A stretch of 64,000 nt of DNA from the human T2T-CHM13v2.0 reference genome, Homo sapiens (GCF_009914755.1 NC_060936.1), one strand, 5' to 3'. Numbered from the stretch's first letter, positions 37,693 to 52,649 are shown. The notes: generated by a model not told the origin, from the letters alone. Numbers and translations are program-made.

Positions 37693-39414
37693 TGATGGCA
37701 GCAGCGGCCCACCTGGAGTGACCGCTGCAAACACACTGGCTACAGTGGGGGAGGTGTGGCCAGGGCTGCAGCTCCATGGAGCTGGTGGGAGCTGGAAACA
37801 GGTGGAAGCCCCGCTCCCTTCCAAGTGGGCAGGTTAGGAGCCTTGCACTTCCCAGGTGAAGCTGCAGCCACCCAAGCCGTGGCTGCAGACTCAGAAATCC
37901 CTGTGCTCTTGGGGGCTGGAAGCAGGCAGGAGCCGTGCTGTCCTGGAAAACAGCTATAGCCATCCAGCCACAGCTGCAGGCGAGGCATCTTTGTGTTCTT
38001 GACGGCCTGGGAAGCCCCCCTTCCCTGCAGCTTGGAAGTGCCTGCTCCTGCTGCCTGGCCTCTCCCCACTCCTGATGCTCACTCCCATTTCAAGCAAACT
38101 TGAGGCTGAGCCTGGGTGCTGTCACAACCCAGCCATTTGGGATAATGCTAACATGCTAGACTCCTGCCGCCTCGGCCCCTCCAGACGCTGGGCACTGACA
38201 ACCTCCTGTCATTGCCCAGGCTCCAGATAGGCTCCTAGGCAGAAAGGGGTGGGTCCCCTGTGAAGCCCCATCTTCAAACCAGGGAGGGCCTGAAGCCTGG
38301 GGGCCTGGCTGACGGACAAGAATGGGAACATATGATGCTTTTTCTGGGCCCACCCATGGCCACCCATGAACCAATTAGTACGCACTTCCTCTTCTTTGAA
38401 GCCTGTGAAAACTCTGAACTCAGCCAGACTCAAGTAGATGACTGAGATGACTGGATGACCTGCCTGTGGAGAGGAGTGACCCACTCCAGGGTCTCTTCTC
38501 TGCTGAGATTTGGGCAGACGTCAGGACTACCAGCTGCAGAGAGGAGCTACCCACTACAGGGTCTCCTCTCTGCTGAGAGAGGAGCACTCCAGGGTCTCCT
38601 CTGCTGAGAGTTGGGCAGATATTGGGAGTACCAGCTGCAGAGAGGAGCTACCCCCTGGGGGTCTCCTCTCCACTGAGAGCTCAATACTTGTCGGGATGCC
38701 CTGCCTGCAGATGGGAGCTACCCACTGAGGGTCTCCTCTTAGCTGTTCTGTCACTCACTAAAGCCCTTCTTTATCTTGCTCACCTTCCACTTGTCTGCAT
38801 ACCTCATTTTTCCTGGACACAGGACAAGAACTCAGGACCTGCCAAATGGTGGGTGGGGCTAAAAGAGCAATAACACAAACAGGGCTGAAGCATGCCCCTT
38901 GCTTGCCTTGTTGCAGGTGACAAGAAGGAGAGAAGAGAGAAGGAGAGAAAAGCTGTGGCCCCTTGGGGAGCCTATACCTAGGAGCTCACCAAGCCAGGGC
39001 TGTGACACCCTCTCTGGGGCTCTGCAGTTCCTGGCATCTTCAAGCTTCTGGGTGCCATTGTGTTCCCCAGTGCCAGCCGTGGAAGCTGCTTGTGGTACAC
39101 CTGGTCCAGTCACAGCCTCACAGGGAGCCAGCACCCTTCTCAGAACCCAGAGCTAAGCACCCCACCACAGCCAGTGTGCATGGCTGTGCGCAGTGACTGC
39201 ACCCCATACTCAATTGCTCACACACCCCTCACCACTCGTGCCTGGCTTGCCCTTGACAGGCATGAGAGTCAGACCAGTAGTGTGAGCTGAGCACAGTCTG
39301 CCAGTCTGAGTGGGTGGAATGAGCCCAGCAGGCTCGAGTAAAAACTTGGGCAAAGGTGCCCCTGGCCACAGAGGTTTCCAGCTGGCGAATCAACACCTGA
39401 CGGATCCTGTGACA
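37693..39414 (+). mobile_element. MER52A ERV1 solo LTR (about 1.7 kb)
   Basis: tgatggcagcagcggcccacctggag ... ggatcctgtgaca. TSD ATAT at 37689-37692 and 39415-39418. Internal tandem repeats at about 38450-38740 (agaggagctacccac..gggtctcctctctgctgag). Confidence 0.9.
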
Positions 39415-40704
39415 ATATTCCTCCTGTGTAGAAAACATATTTATATCTGGTGGCCATTTTCTTTTCTACTGAATCCTTTTTTTCTTATTAACACTTTAGG
39501 AGTTGTTTAAATGCTTTGAATATTAATCTTTTTTTCAGTATGTGTTGTGAATGTTTTCTGCAAATTGTGGCCATTTCAAACACATGTAAAAGTAGATAGA
39601 ATAGTGGTACCCACTGCTCAGCTACAACAGTATCCATTTCATCAATTCATGGTTACTCTTATTTCATCAAACAGGTACTCACAATTCACCACCTCCCTGC
39701 CAAGCAAATGCCAGACATCATATAATTTTACTGTGGCTTGTTTTTCATTTCTTCAGTGTTTCTTTTGATAAACAAAAGTTTGTAATTTTAATGCAGTTGA
39801 ATTCCTAAGTTTCTTTCCTCTATGGATTGTGTGTTTCTTATTTAAGAAATTCTTCTGCAAAAGATTGTGGAGATATTTCCTAAGTTTTTGTCTAACTGTT
39901 TTAAAGCTTTACCTAGACACTAGTTATAATAGCCTTTCCCCATTCTTTCACAGATTTCTTATGCTATCTCTGGCATATCAATTTTACAAATCTGTGAGAT
40001 CTGTTTCTGGGCTCTGTACTCCTGCTAATACCATATTTTATTAATCACTATACCCTTATAGTAAATTAATACTATATATTATTGTATCTATAGTATTCTT
40101 ATATATTATTGTATATATAACTATATTAATAATTATTAGGGCAGGAGTTCCCAACTTTGCTCTTCAGAAACTTTGACAATTCTTGGGCTTTTGTTCTTTC
40201 ATGTAAATTTTGGAATTAGATGATGAAGTTCTACCAAAAACTTTTGAGATTTTGACTGGCAATCCATGTATAGATAAATTTGTGATAAAGTTACAGATTT
40301 TATGAAATGCAAAAGTATAACACATTCACAGATTAAAATTCCCCAAATTTGAAATATTTTGGGGTTTTAATCTGTGAATGCGTTATACTTTTCAATTTAT
40401 TTAGCTTTATTCCTCTTTTTATTTAGGTTTTTAATTGGCTTTTTCCTTCTCAATGAAATCTTTACCATCCAGACTATTTAAAAAGAAACGCCACCCTCTT
40501 CTAGAATATTTGTATTTTACTACCATAGTTCTTAACCTTATATTACATGTTGCTTCTCCTTGATATAAATGATAACAAAGAGTTTTATCTGCCTGATTAT
40601 TTCCTGGAATAGACCCTGGTATATAGTAGGTGCTCAATAAATTAATTTTAAATAATTTTTTTCCATAAAGGTCTTTTAAATCTTGTGATAGATTTGTTCT
40701 TTGG

Positions 40705-41092
40705 TTTGGTGATGTGCCAGTAAATGTTTAACAATAGGTTACCTGGGGAGTGGGAGAAGCAGAACAACTTGTAGATTTGCTGATTTCCATGCTGTAAATT
40801 CTCCTACCATGGCCAATATCAAGTTATTGACATGACATCACGGAATGGGGGAGTTGAGAAGAGATGTGGAGTAGTGTGCCATTATATAGTATTCCCACTA
40901 AACAGAAACAATAGATGCCAGTAACCTCAACAATGTAAATAATTGCAAAATGTAATAATAATTATTAGTAATTATAAGTTTATATAATTTAATTTTAAAT
41001 TATGATCATATTTAACAACTGGCTCACAAAATTCTTAAAAATTTAACAGCGACTTCTTGCGAGCTGTACAAACTGGATCCAGAATTCCACTG
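40705..41092 (-). mobile_element. MER63 (hAT-Blackjack) element
   Basis: Ends ttaacaactggctcacaaaattc...gcgagctgtacaaactggatccagaattccactg, the reverse complement of the MER63 start. Confidence 0.75.
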
Positions 41093-41812
41093 TTTAGTTT
41101 CTTTATGTTTTTGTGCGACTGTTATAAATATATTTCCTTATATAAGCTTTCTAACAATTTCTTCTTGATTTATAGGAATGCAGCTAACTTTTATATTTGT
41201 TCTTACATCTGGCAAACAGGCTAAAATTTCTTCATAATTTGAATAATTTATATGTACATCTTTCCAGGTTTCTTTGTGGACTGTTCTATCATCTGAAAAA
41301 TGACAGTTTTGTTTCTTCACTTCCAATCCTTATACACTTTATATCTTATTCCTGTATTATTGCATTGACATGAACTTCCAGTATAATGTTTAATGTTAGT
41401 GGTAATGAAAAGCATCCTTGTATTGCTTCTGATTTTAAATGAGTGCTTTAAGATTTTATGTTTCTTTTTGATATTGTCCTTGTTGGACAAAATAAGTTTT
41501 CTTTTATTTATAGTTAGATAAAAATTTGTTTTTATTATTCATGAGTGGGTGTCAGATTTCATAGCATGATTATTCTCTATTCATTGAGATGGTCATATAC
41601 TATATAACGAAGATGTTCAACATACCAAGAATAGTTTGTGGCTTGCTTAATAACATAGTGTCAAAATGCAAAAAGCAATGATTGACAGAAGTAAATGGCA
41701 ATGAAAAAATAAGCACATGGAAAAAAGAAATACATGTGAACAACATGACTAGCTACTTGATCTACTGCAAAAGTACAGAACACTCCAGTGAATGCAAAAA
41801 TACATAGTATTC

Positions 41813-42022
41813 TTTTTTTAAATTATACTGTAAGTTTTAGGGTACATGTGCACAACATGCAGGTTTGTTACATATGTATACATGTGCCATGTTGGTGTGC
41901 TGCACCCATTAACTCGTCATTTAGCATTAGGTATATCTCCTAATGCTATCCCTCCCCCCTCCCCCCACCCCACAACAGGCCCCAGTGTGTGATGTTCCCC
42001 TTCCTTTGTCCATGTGTTCTCA
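41813..42022 (-). mobile_element. L1PA4-like short 3' end, antisense
   Basis: attatactgtaagttttagggtacatgtgcacaac... TSD agtattctt at 41806-41814 and 42022-42030. Confidence 0.92.
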
Positions 42023-42184
42023 GTATTCTTGAGCTACATTAATTATTTACAAAAATTAACCATTTAGCAGATCAGCTATAAAGCAATTTTCATCAAATTT
42101 CAAAGAATCTGTATCATGCATGCAATGTTCTCTGACCACAATTAAGCTGCTTGCACTACCTCTCAGTAATGTTTTCATATATGT

Positions 42185-42880
42185 TTTTCCTTTCCTTCCA
42201 ACTTTTATTTTAGGCTTAGGAGGTACATATGCAGGTTTGTTACATGGATAAACCGCATCTGGGGTTTGGTATACACATTATTTCATTACCCAGATTGTCA
42301 GCATAGTACCCAATAGACTTCCAATCCTCAGCCTCCTGTGCCAGCATCATTCTGATACCAAAACCTGACAGAGACACAGTGAAAAAAGAAAACTTCAGAC
42401 CAATATCCCTGATGAACATAGATACAAAATTCCTCAAAAAATATTAGCAAATCAAGTCCAGGAGCACAGCAAAAAGCCAATCCACCATGATCAAGTAGGG
42501 TTTATTCCTGGGATGTAAGGTTGGTTAATACAAATCAATAAATGTGATCTGTCCCATAAACAGAACTAAAAACAAAAAACCACACGATCATCTCAGTAGT
42601 CACAGAAAAGGCTTTCAAAAGCTGGAAGCATTTTCCTTGAGAACCAGAGCAAGACAGGGATACTCACTCTCATTACTCCAATTCAGCAGTTCTGGTAGTC
42701 CTAGCCAGAGCAGTCAGGCAAGAGAGAGAAATAAAAAAGTCATCCACATTGAAAGGGATTAAGTCAAACTTCTCTCTTACAGGTGATATGATTCTATACC
42801 TAGAAAACCCCATAATCTCTGCCCAAAGGCTCATAGATCTGATGTACAACTTCAGCAAAGTTTCAAGATACAAGATCAGT
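42185..42880. mobile_element. Old L1PA (L1PA15/16-like): antisense 3' end joined to sense ORF2 RT fragments (probable 5' inversion)
   Basis: 42185-42316 is an antisense 3'UTR. 42340-42880 is sense ORF2 (gccagcatcattctgataccaaaacctg...gatatgattctatacctagaaaaccc). Confidence 0.7.
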
Positions 42881-43474
42881 GTTTTAATATTCATATTTCA
42901 TTTCATAAATTCCCTTTTCAGCTATGTGTAATCTGCCTTTTATCCTATTCATTTTTTTCATGTTTGATAATTACAGTTTTCAGTGTCTGAAGTTGTATTA
43001 TGTTTTTGGTTTTTTTTTTTAATCTGCTGGGATTTACTTATTTATTTAAAAAAACTTAAAATCTTAATTTTTTTTTCAAATATTATTAAGCATAGTTATT
43101 GTGATGGTTAACACTGAGTGTCAACTTGACTGGATTGAAGGATACAAAGTATTGATCCTGGGTGTGTCTGTGTGGGTGTTGCCAAAAGAGATTAACATTT
43201 GAGTCAGTGGGCTGGGGAAGGCAGACCCACCCTTAATCTGGTGGGCACCATCTAATCAGCATCCAGTGAATATAAAAGAGGCAGAAAAATGTGAAAAGGA
43301 GAGACTGGCCTAGCCTCCCAGCTTACCTCTTTCTCCCATGCTGGATGCTTCCTGCCCTCCAACATCAGACTCCAGGTTCTTCAGTTTTGGGACTCGGACT
43401 GGCTCTCCTTGCTCTTCAACTTGTAGACAGCCTATTGTGGGACCTTGTGATTGTGTAAGTTAATCCTTAATAAA

Positions 43475-43476
<2 letters not shown>

Positions 43477-43522
<46 letters not shown>
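43477..43522. repeat. Perfect (AC)23 microsatellite inside the MLT2A1 5' LTR
   Basis: Direct count of 46 nt. Confidence 0.95.
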
Positions 43523-43524
<2 letters not shown>

Positions 43525-46274
43525 ATTAGTTCTGCCCCTCTAGGGAATCCTGAGTAATATTGATTTTGGTACCAGGAGTAGTTGTAGAGGAACAGAATAT
43601 TAAGGATGGAGTTCTTTCATTGGTTTTGGGTTTCTGGAGTTGGCTTCTTAATATGATTAGACCCCAAAATGCTAAGGACTCTACTTCTAATGGTATGGAG
43701 AACACTGATTAGTCCTCAGCGTGAATTGTTTAGAGAGTTATGCAAAATAAATGCATTTGACACTCTTCTTTCACCACTTGTGAGAGGCAAGGAGTTTAGT
43801 GACTCCTTGACCGTATGTGGAGAACCAAGGAGCGTAATGAAGCTGGTGGTTGCTCCTAAGTTTAGTGGACAAAGTGATGAAAGAAAATGATGAACTCAGG
43901 GATTTTGTTTCCTGGCTTCAGAAGCAGATACTAAGCCTCAAATCTGCTAAGATTGCCCCCAGTGAGTTTTATCTTCTGTAGAGAAAGAGCTGAAATTGTG
44001 GAAAAACAGATACAAGTTCTTATCATGTGAGTGGCTGACCTGCAACGAAAGATGGATGCACAGCCTCACCAGGTGTCTACTGTTAAAGTGAGGTCATTGA
44101 TTGGAAAAGAACGGGACCCTGAAACTTGGAATGGGGACATGTGGGAGGACCCTGATGAAGCTGGGGGCACTGAGTTTGTAAACGCTGATGAAACTTTTTT
44201 TGCCATAAGGAACAGCTGCCCCATCCTCCATAGTGGCAACATCCCCTCCCCGACCCATGCTGCCATCAGCCTTTCCACTTTTGAGGAGATAAACCTTGCA
44301 CTGCCTGAGACAACAGTGATGGCCTCCCTGAGCCTGTTTCCAGGCAAAATAATGTTGATTCTCCTCAGAAGTCACCCCCAACACCCCTATTTGCTTCTGG
44401 ACCTATAACTAGACTAAAGTCCCAGTGGGCCCCTGGAAGTGAGGTTGAGAGTGTGACCCATGAGGAGGAGCACTACACTTGAAAATAACTGTTTGAGTTC
44501 TCTAGTTTATATAAACAGAAATCTGGAGAACAGGCATGGGAATGGATATTAAGGGTTTGGAATAATGGTGGAAGGAACATAGAGTTGGATCGGGCTGAAT
44601 TTATTGATTTGGGCCCGCTAAGTAGGGACTCTGCATTTAGTGTTGCAGCTCAGGGAGTTAAAAAAGGTTCTAATAGTTTACTTTGTTAGCTGAAAAGATG
44701 GCCTGCTGTGAGTGAGCTGGAAATGCCTGCCCTCCCTTGTTTTAATGTAGAGGAAGGAATCCAAAGGCTTAGGGAGATTGGGATGGTGGAGTGGATTAAT
44801 CACTTTAAACGTACTCATCCCAGCTGGGAAGGTCCAGAAGATATACTGTTGACCAATGCCTTGTGAAACAGATTTGTGAGAGCAGCACCTGTGTCTTTGA
44901 AGAGCCCTGTAATTGCTCTTCTTGAGGTGTCAGTGGCAGATAGGGATGCTGTTTGGAGCCTTTGGCAGGCCCCCACAGGTGAATCACACCAGTGTCATCT
45001 AGGATTTTGGAGCAAGGCCCTGCCATTCTTCTGCAGATAACTGCTCTCCTTTTGAGAGACAGCTCTTGGCCTGTTTCTGGGCTTTGGTGGAAACTGAACG
45101 TTTGACCATGGATCATCAAGTCACCATGCAACCTGAATGAACTGGGTGCTTTCTGACCCATCCTGCCATAATGTGGAGAATGCGCAACAGCATTCCACCA
45201 TCAAATGGAAGTGGTATATACGTGATAGGGCTCAAGTAGGTCCTGAAGGCACAAGTAAGTTACATGAGGAAGTGGCTCAAATGCCCATGGTCTCCACTCC
45301 TGCCACCCTGCCTTCTCTCCCTCAGCCTGCACAGATGGCTTCATGGGGAGTTCTCTATGATCAGTTGACAGAGGAAGAGAAGACTAGGGGCTGACTCATA
45401 GATGGCTTTGCATGATACACAGGCACCAACTGAAAGTGGACAGCTGCAGCACTACAGCCCCTTTCTAGGACGTCCCTGAAGGTCAACAGTGAAGGGAAAT
45501 CTTCCCAGTGGGCAGAACTTTGAGCAGTGCACCTGGTTGTGCACTTTGCATGAAAGGAGAAATGGCCAGATGTGCAGTTATATACTGATTCATGGGCTGT
45601 AGCCAATGGTTTAGAACTTGGAAGAAGCATGGTCAGGGACTGGGAAGAAGCATGACTGGAAAATTGGTGACAAAGAAATTTGGGGAAGAGATATGTGGAT
45701 GGAACTCTCTGAGTGGTTAGAAACTGTGAAGATATTTGCATCCCATGTGAGTACTCACCAACAGGTGACCTCAGCAGAGGAGGATTTTAATAATGAAGTG
45801 GCTAGGATGACCCATTCTGTGGACACCACTCAACCTCTTTCCCCAGTCACCCCTGTCATTGCCCAATGGGTCCATGAACAAAGTGGCCATGATGGCAGGG
45901 ATGGAGGTTACACATGGGCTCAGCAACAACGACTTCCACTCACCAAGGCTGACCTGGTTACAGCCACTGCTGAGTGCCCAATTTGCCAGCAGTAGAGACC
46001 AACACTGAGCCCTTGATATGGCACCATTCTTCGGGGTGATCAGCCAGCTAGTTACCTGGTAGTAGGTTGACTATATTGGACCTCTTTCATCATGGAAAGG
46101 TTTGTCCTCGCTAGAATAGACATTTACTCCGGATATGGGTTTACCTATCCTGCATGCAATGCTCCAAGACTACCATCCGTGGACTCACGGAATGCCTTAT
46201 CCACCATCATGGTATTCCACACAGCATTGCCTCTGACCAAGGTACTCACTTTACGGCTAAAGAAGTGCAGCAGT

Positions 46275-46782
<508 letters not shown>

Positions 46783-47905
46783 CTATTTCTCGCATATCCC
46801 TGAATAACAGGTCCAGGAATCAAGGGGTGGAAGTGGAAGTGGCACCACTCACTGTCACCCCAGTGATCCACTCGCAAAATTTTTGCTCCCTGTTCAAGTT
46901 ACATTCTGCTGGGCTAGAGGTCTTAGTTCCAGAGGGAGGAACACTGCCACCAGGAGACACAACAACAATTCCATTAAACTGCAAGTTAAGATTGCCACCT
47001 GGACACTTTGGGCTCCTCCTGCCTTTAAGTCAACAGACTAACAAGGGAGTTTCAGTGTTGGCTGGGGTGATTGACCTGGACTATCAAGATGAAATCAGTC
47101 TACCACTCCATATTGGAGGTTAGGAAGAGCATGCATGGAATATAGGTGATCCATTAGGGCATCTCTTAGTATTACCATGCCCTGTGATTAAGGTCAATGG
47201 GAAACTAAAACAGCCCAAATCAGGCAGGACTACAAATGACCCAGACACTTCAGGAATGGAGGTTTGGGTCACTTCACCAGGGAAAAAAACCACGACCTGC
47301 CAAGGTGCTTGCTGAAGGCAAAGGGAATACAGAATGGGTAGTAGAAGAAGGTAGTCATCAATACCAGCTATGACCATGTGACCAGCTACGGAAATGAGGA
47401 CTGTAACTGTCATGAGTTTATTTCCTCCTTTTTTTGTTAAAAACGTGTTTGTGCATGTATAGACTTGCACTAAGAAAATATCTTCATTTTATTTCCTTTT
47501 CCTTTATCATATGACATAAGATTTATTGACTTCATATTAGCATTTAAGTATCACTACCTTTATGTAATAGTATTTTTGGGTTGGGGATTGATGTGTTTCC
47601 AGTTGTATGAAGGATAATTGTATTATGTTAGGCATAATTATGACCTCATTATTGTCTTTATTTGAAGATTATGTATGATCTTAAGAGATGTGTATGGATC
47701 CAAGTTGACACGGGGGTGAACTTGTGATGGTTAATACTGAGTATCAACTTGATTGGATTGAGGGATACAAAGTATTAATCCTGGATGTGTCTGTATGGGT
47801 GTTGCCGAAATAGATTAATATTTTAGTGTATATATGTGTGTGTGTGTATATATATATAGTTCTATTAGTTCTGTCCTTCTAGATTGCCCCGACTAATATA
47901 GTTAT

Positions 47906-49265
47906 ATTAGATATCTGCTAAATGCAGTGTCAGCAGTCTTTGATTCTGTTATTTTTTGCTCTCTGCATTCAGGTTGCTTATTTCCTCTTGTGTTTGATTG
48001 TATTTGCATTTGAGCTCATAATCCATGGGATTTTATCTGTAGGAATTCTTTGAACTTCACATTTAAAGTGCTTTACTGCAGAGAGAATTTGAGTTTGCTT
48101 TGTCTAAAACTGTAGGCTGTGGCAACCTTGGATTACTAGATATTAATATTTTGGCTTGGATTTTTTTGACCACACAGATCCTGTGAATTTAGCCCCCAAA
48201 TCACCTACCTTCATCCATATTCAAGACAAAGAGATTGTTTTTCTCTTAGTTTGTTCTGTAGGGTGTATTTTATTTTCTAGTTCACTATTTCATAGAAGGT
48301 ATTGCTTTTTAAAAAATTCTTGCTTTGTAAGGAGTCAATAATTTTACCAGCTAAATTGAATAGTCCATAGACTTTGCATCTAATCCTTTATATGACTGTA
48401 GACCATAAAACCCAAAATGGTAGGCCCTTAGAGAAAAATCCCCAATTGGTCAAGATGTATCATTTGTTTTATATATTACTGGATATAGTTGGCTGATATT
48501 TTGTTTAGGATTTTTGCATTTATGTTCATAAGTGAAACTGAGTTGAAATTTTCCTTTTGCACCAATTTATTGTTAGAATGTAATACCAAGGTTATACTGA
48601 CCTAAAATAAGTTGAGAAAAGTTCCCTCTTTATCTGTTCACTGGAAGAGTGTACAAAGTTGGCTTTGTTTTCCTGTTAAATATTTGGTAGTATTTTCCAG
48701 TGAAGCTACCTGGGCCTGAAATATTTTGGGAAAAATTTTTAAATCACAGATTTACTTTATAAAATTATTAAAACTATTGAAATTATTGAAATTTTTTGTT
48801 TATTGTGTCAATTTTGTTGTATTTTAGAAATTTATCCATTTTCTTTACATTTTCAAATTCCTTATCACACGTTACAGTACACTCTTATAGTTAGAGATTT
48901 TGTAGTGATGTCCCTCTTTCATTTCTAACATTATTACTTTTCTTTTTCCCTTTTATTCTTCATTCATCTTGCCAAGGGATTATCGATTTTACAATCATTT
49001 TCAAGATCCAAATTTTAGCTTCATTGATCCTTTCTAAGTTTTGTTTGTTTTCTATTTCTTTGATTTCTGTTCTTATCTTTGCCATCTCTCTTTTTTCACT
49101 TTATTTGCATTTGTTTTACTGTTATTTTTGTAAATTTTTGAGATGGATTTAGCTCATTAATTTTCAAGTTTTTCTTCCATTCCATTATATTAAAGGTTAA
49201 ACATTTTCCTATATACTTTAATAACAGCTTTAGCTGAATCTGGTAAATTTTTCTGTGTACTATCA
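47906..49265 (-). mobile_element. Old L1M antisense fragments
   Basis: gctgatattttgtttaggatttttgcatttatgttcataagtg, tatttggtagtattttccagtgaagctacctgggcctg (antisense ORF2). Confidence 0.7.
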
Positions 49266-49758
49266 TATGCAAATATTTTTTTGGCTACTATGGATCAAAA
49301 TGGTTTGCAGTGCACAAAATAAAGGGCAGAACTGAGGCTACAACTAAATAAATAGTATATGTTTCAGAGTATGTTCAACTCCTAGTAAGTTAGCATATCC
49401 ATTGCGTGAGAGTATTTTTAGCGTGATAGAGTAATACCGTTGGCCAAGACAGCGTGGGTGTATTTGTCACACTAGGTGTCATTGACTGTGAATATATGTG
49501 AGTATTCAGAACAAGAGAAATACAAACACGTACTGGACAGAGTATTTCTTTAAGATAAAAGAAAGCTTTTGGAAATATAGTATTATAACAAATCAGTACT
49601 TCAAGGGAGTGGCATTTAATGCTGTAATCATTTTTGTCATTATATAACTATAATTCTCACTACTTTTTTATATTTATATAGCAGGTATTAGGAAATATGT
49701 CTGAAATGTTGGATAATTCTATCCTAGTTTAAAAGGTGGTCAAGAAATGCCTGGGTTA

Positions 49759-50281
49759 CAGCAATTCCATTACTGGGTATATACCCAAAGGAATATAAAT
49801 CATTCTACTGCAAAGACACATGCACACGTATGTTTACTGCAGCACTATTTACATTAGCAAAGTCACAGAACCAACCCAAATGCCCATCAATGATAGACTG
49901 GATAAAGCAAATATGGTACATATACACCATGGAATACTACGCAGCCATAAAAAGGTATTGAGATCATGTCTTTTGCAGGGACATGGATGAAGCTGGAAGC
50001 CATCATCCTCAGCAAACTAACACAGGAACAGAAAACCAAACACCACATGTTCTCACTCATAAGTGGGAGCTGAACGATGAGAACACATGGACACAGGGAG
50101 GGGAACATCACACACCCAGGGCCTGTTGGGTGGTGGGGGGCGAGGGGAAGGAACTTAGAGGATGGGTCAATAGGTACTGCAGACCACCATGGCACAGGTA
50201 TACCTATGTAACAAACCTGCACATTCTGCATGTGTATCCCAGAACTTCAAGTAAAATAAAAAACATTAAAAAAAAAAAAAA
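49759..50281 (+). mobile_element. L1PA10-like 5'-truncated insertion
   Basis: ORF2 end, 3'UTR and polyA. 17-bp TSD aagaaatgcctgggtta at 49742-49758 and 50280-50296. Confidence 0.93.
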
Positions 50282-50821
50282 GAAATGCCTGGGTTAGTCC
50301 CTATCTATGCATTTATTTCCTTGCATGTGGGACATTATGTGAGAGCACCAAAAGACAAGTTTATGCTATATTTATGTGTTAAGATAATGATTTTTCATTA
50401 ATTACAAAATCTTTTATCTAAAATTTTAATAGTCTATAAACTATTTTTATCCAGAAGACAAATGGGTTCAATCATTTTAAAAAGTGACATCAAGCATAAT
50501 AATTTGTGCCCATAAAATAAAGGGCTGGGTTAGTAATAGTTTTTCAATTGGAGAGAATGGCCCGAGGAATTAACTTTAGATTCTACCACTTTGCAAATAA
50601 CAGCTTTCCCAGAGCAAATAATGATTGATACTTAGTGAGTAATAAAGTTTTATTTTATTTGACAAATTTTACAGAAAAGCTAGCTGCAGTTAGTGTTTGA
50701 TTCTGATTAGCCTGGGGGATCAAGGGACAGATAAGGCAAAACAATCAATAATTCACAATTCTATAGCAGAATGAAGGGAAATGAGGTGGGGCCTCTGGAA
50801 GGGTAGGAGCTCAACACGTGA

Positions 50822-51193
<372 letters not shown>

Positions 51194-52649
51194 TAGCAGA
51201 GATTCTTAAGCAGGTCAGAACTTTAAGGGTGATGAGCAACTTCTAGGCACTGAGAAGTTGATATGGAGATGAATCTCTTTCCTCATCAGCTCTCTCGACT
51301 CTGCCTCAGTCTCTTTCTCTGCCTTGCCTTTAAAAATAAAATCTAACATTGATGAAACAAACATATGTTGTGGCATTGTGCTTGTTAGGTACATGATCTT
51401 AAGGAACTTTCAATCTGGTAGAAGAACCCTTAGGAGATCTATCGCTAATATAGTTCTAAAGAGTGATTTCTTAAACCATTTTTGTCTGTCAACTTTTGTT
51501 TCACAAAGAATGTCTTATATTCCCTTAAGTTAGGAATTTACATCAGTAAAGACTGAAGATTTAATCTTACTGACAGCCCCAAGGACATGCAAGGGCAATA
51601 TCGCCCATGTCCTAGGAAGTTTAGGAGTAAGACTGATGGCAGGTATTAAGGATATTCAGATTGCAGCTCCTTCTAAATGAAAATTTATTATTTCATTATT
51701 CCTAAGACTTCATTTATTACGATCCTTGGGATTTGAGATAATTGAAGACAACAATAATAATCTCTTTATGTGTTACATAGTATGGAGTCATTCATTTTGA
51801 AACATTTCCAAGTGTGTTGCCAACTGCATATAAAATTCAGAGTGGGAAGCTCAGGAATGGTGAAGGAAATGTGTATAGACATACACATGGATGCCCTTGA
51901 AGTCCTGAGAGGACCTTGTGGCCTCAAAATATGATAAATCCTGTAGCATGTTTGACATGTTGTAAACCCTCCTCCAACTCATAGTAGCCATGGTAATTTG
52001 ATGTGAGAGGGAGGATACTAATAATAATAATGACAGTAATAATAATAGACGATATCCACATCTGTTCTACTGAACAACAGTAGCAAAAACTATACTATGT
52101 ATATATGCAAGAAATGTCAGACTTCCTTTCATTTCTCAAGAATAAATGAATAATAAAATATACTTGAAGCCCAAAAGTATATAATTAAAAATTATTGTGA
52201 AACTAGGTTCTGACAAGACTAATGTTGTAAGGGAAATTGTACATTATATATTCTTTCACTAAATATTTCCTGTCCTGTCAAATGGTAAATCAGGCAACCA
52301 TTTAAAGGCATCTATTTAAATTAGCCATGATCAAATTATATGACAGTGGAAATCACACCATCTTGATAAAGAAATTGAGATGCATAAAATGGTAACGAGA
52401 CTGTGTGAATAGGGGCAGTGCTAAGAGAGAGGTGGGAATTTGTCTTCTCAATGGCCATGTCTCACATGCACCCTATTCATTATTGAAAGTTACCCCACTC
52501 ATTATTCAAAGTACAAGCTAATGAACTTAAGTATATAATAACAACTTCAAAAGGAATCATATGGGCTTAACCATCATTATGCAATTTGTCAATACGATTT
52601 TAAAAACCTGTATGCAGTGGGCAAGTCAACATGATGCATTAAATAAGGG

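Larger units (their letters stand above)
36905..41600 (-). mobile_element. Old L1ME-type antisense fragments (interrupted by MER52A, an L2 tail and MER63)
   Basis: aatgccaaatgattatccaggttggttgtaccaatttatactc, ttttaatttccctgattacaaatgaggttga, aacttccagtataatgtttaatgttagtggtaatgaaaagcatccttg. Confidence 0.7.

Noticed and set aside
38450-38740. Spaced repeats resembling a CRISPR array
   Set aside because: Degenerate internal tandem repeats of the MER52A LTR in eukaryotic DNA; no cas genes.
37676-39457. Dense cluster of overlapping ORFs in GC-rich sequence, resembling an exon or CpG island
   Set aside because: Lies almost entirely within the MER52A LTR; CpGs are largely decayed.
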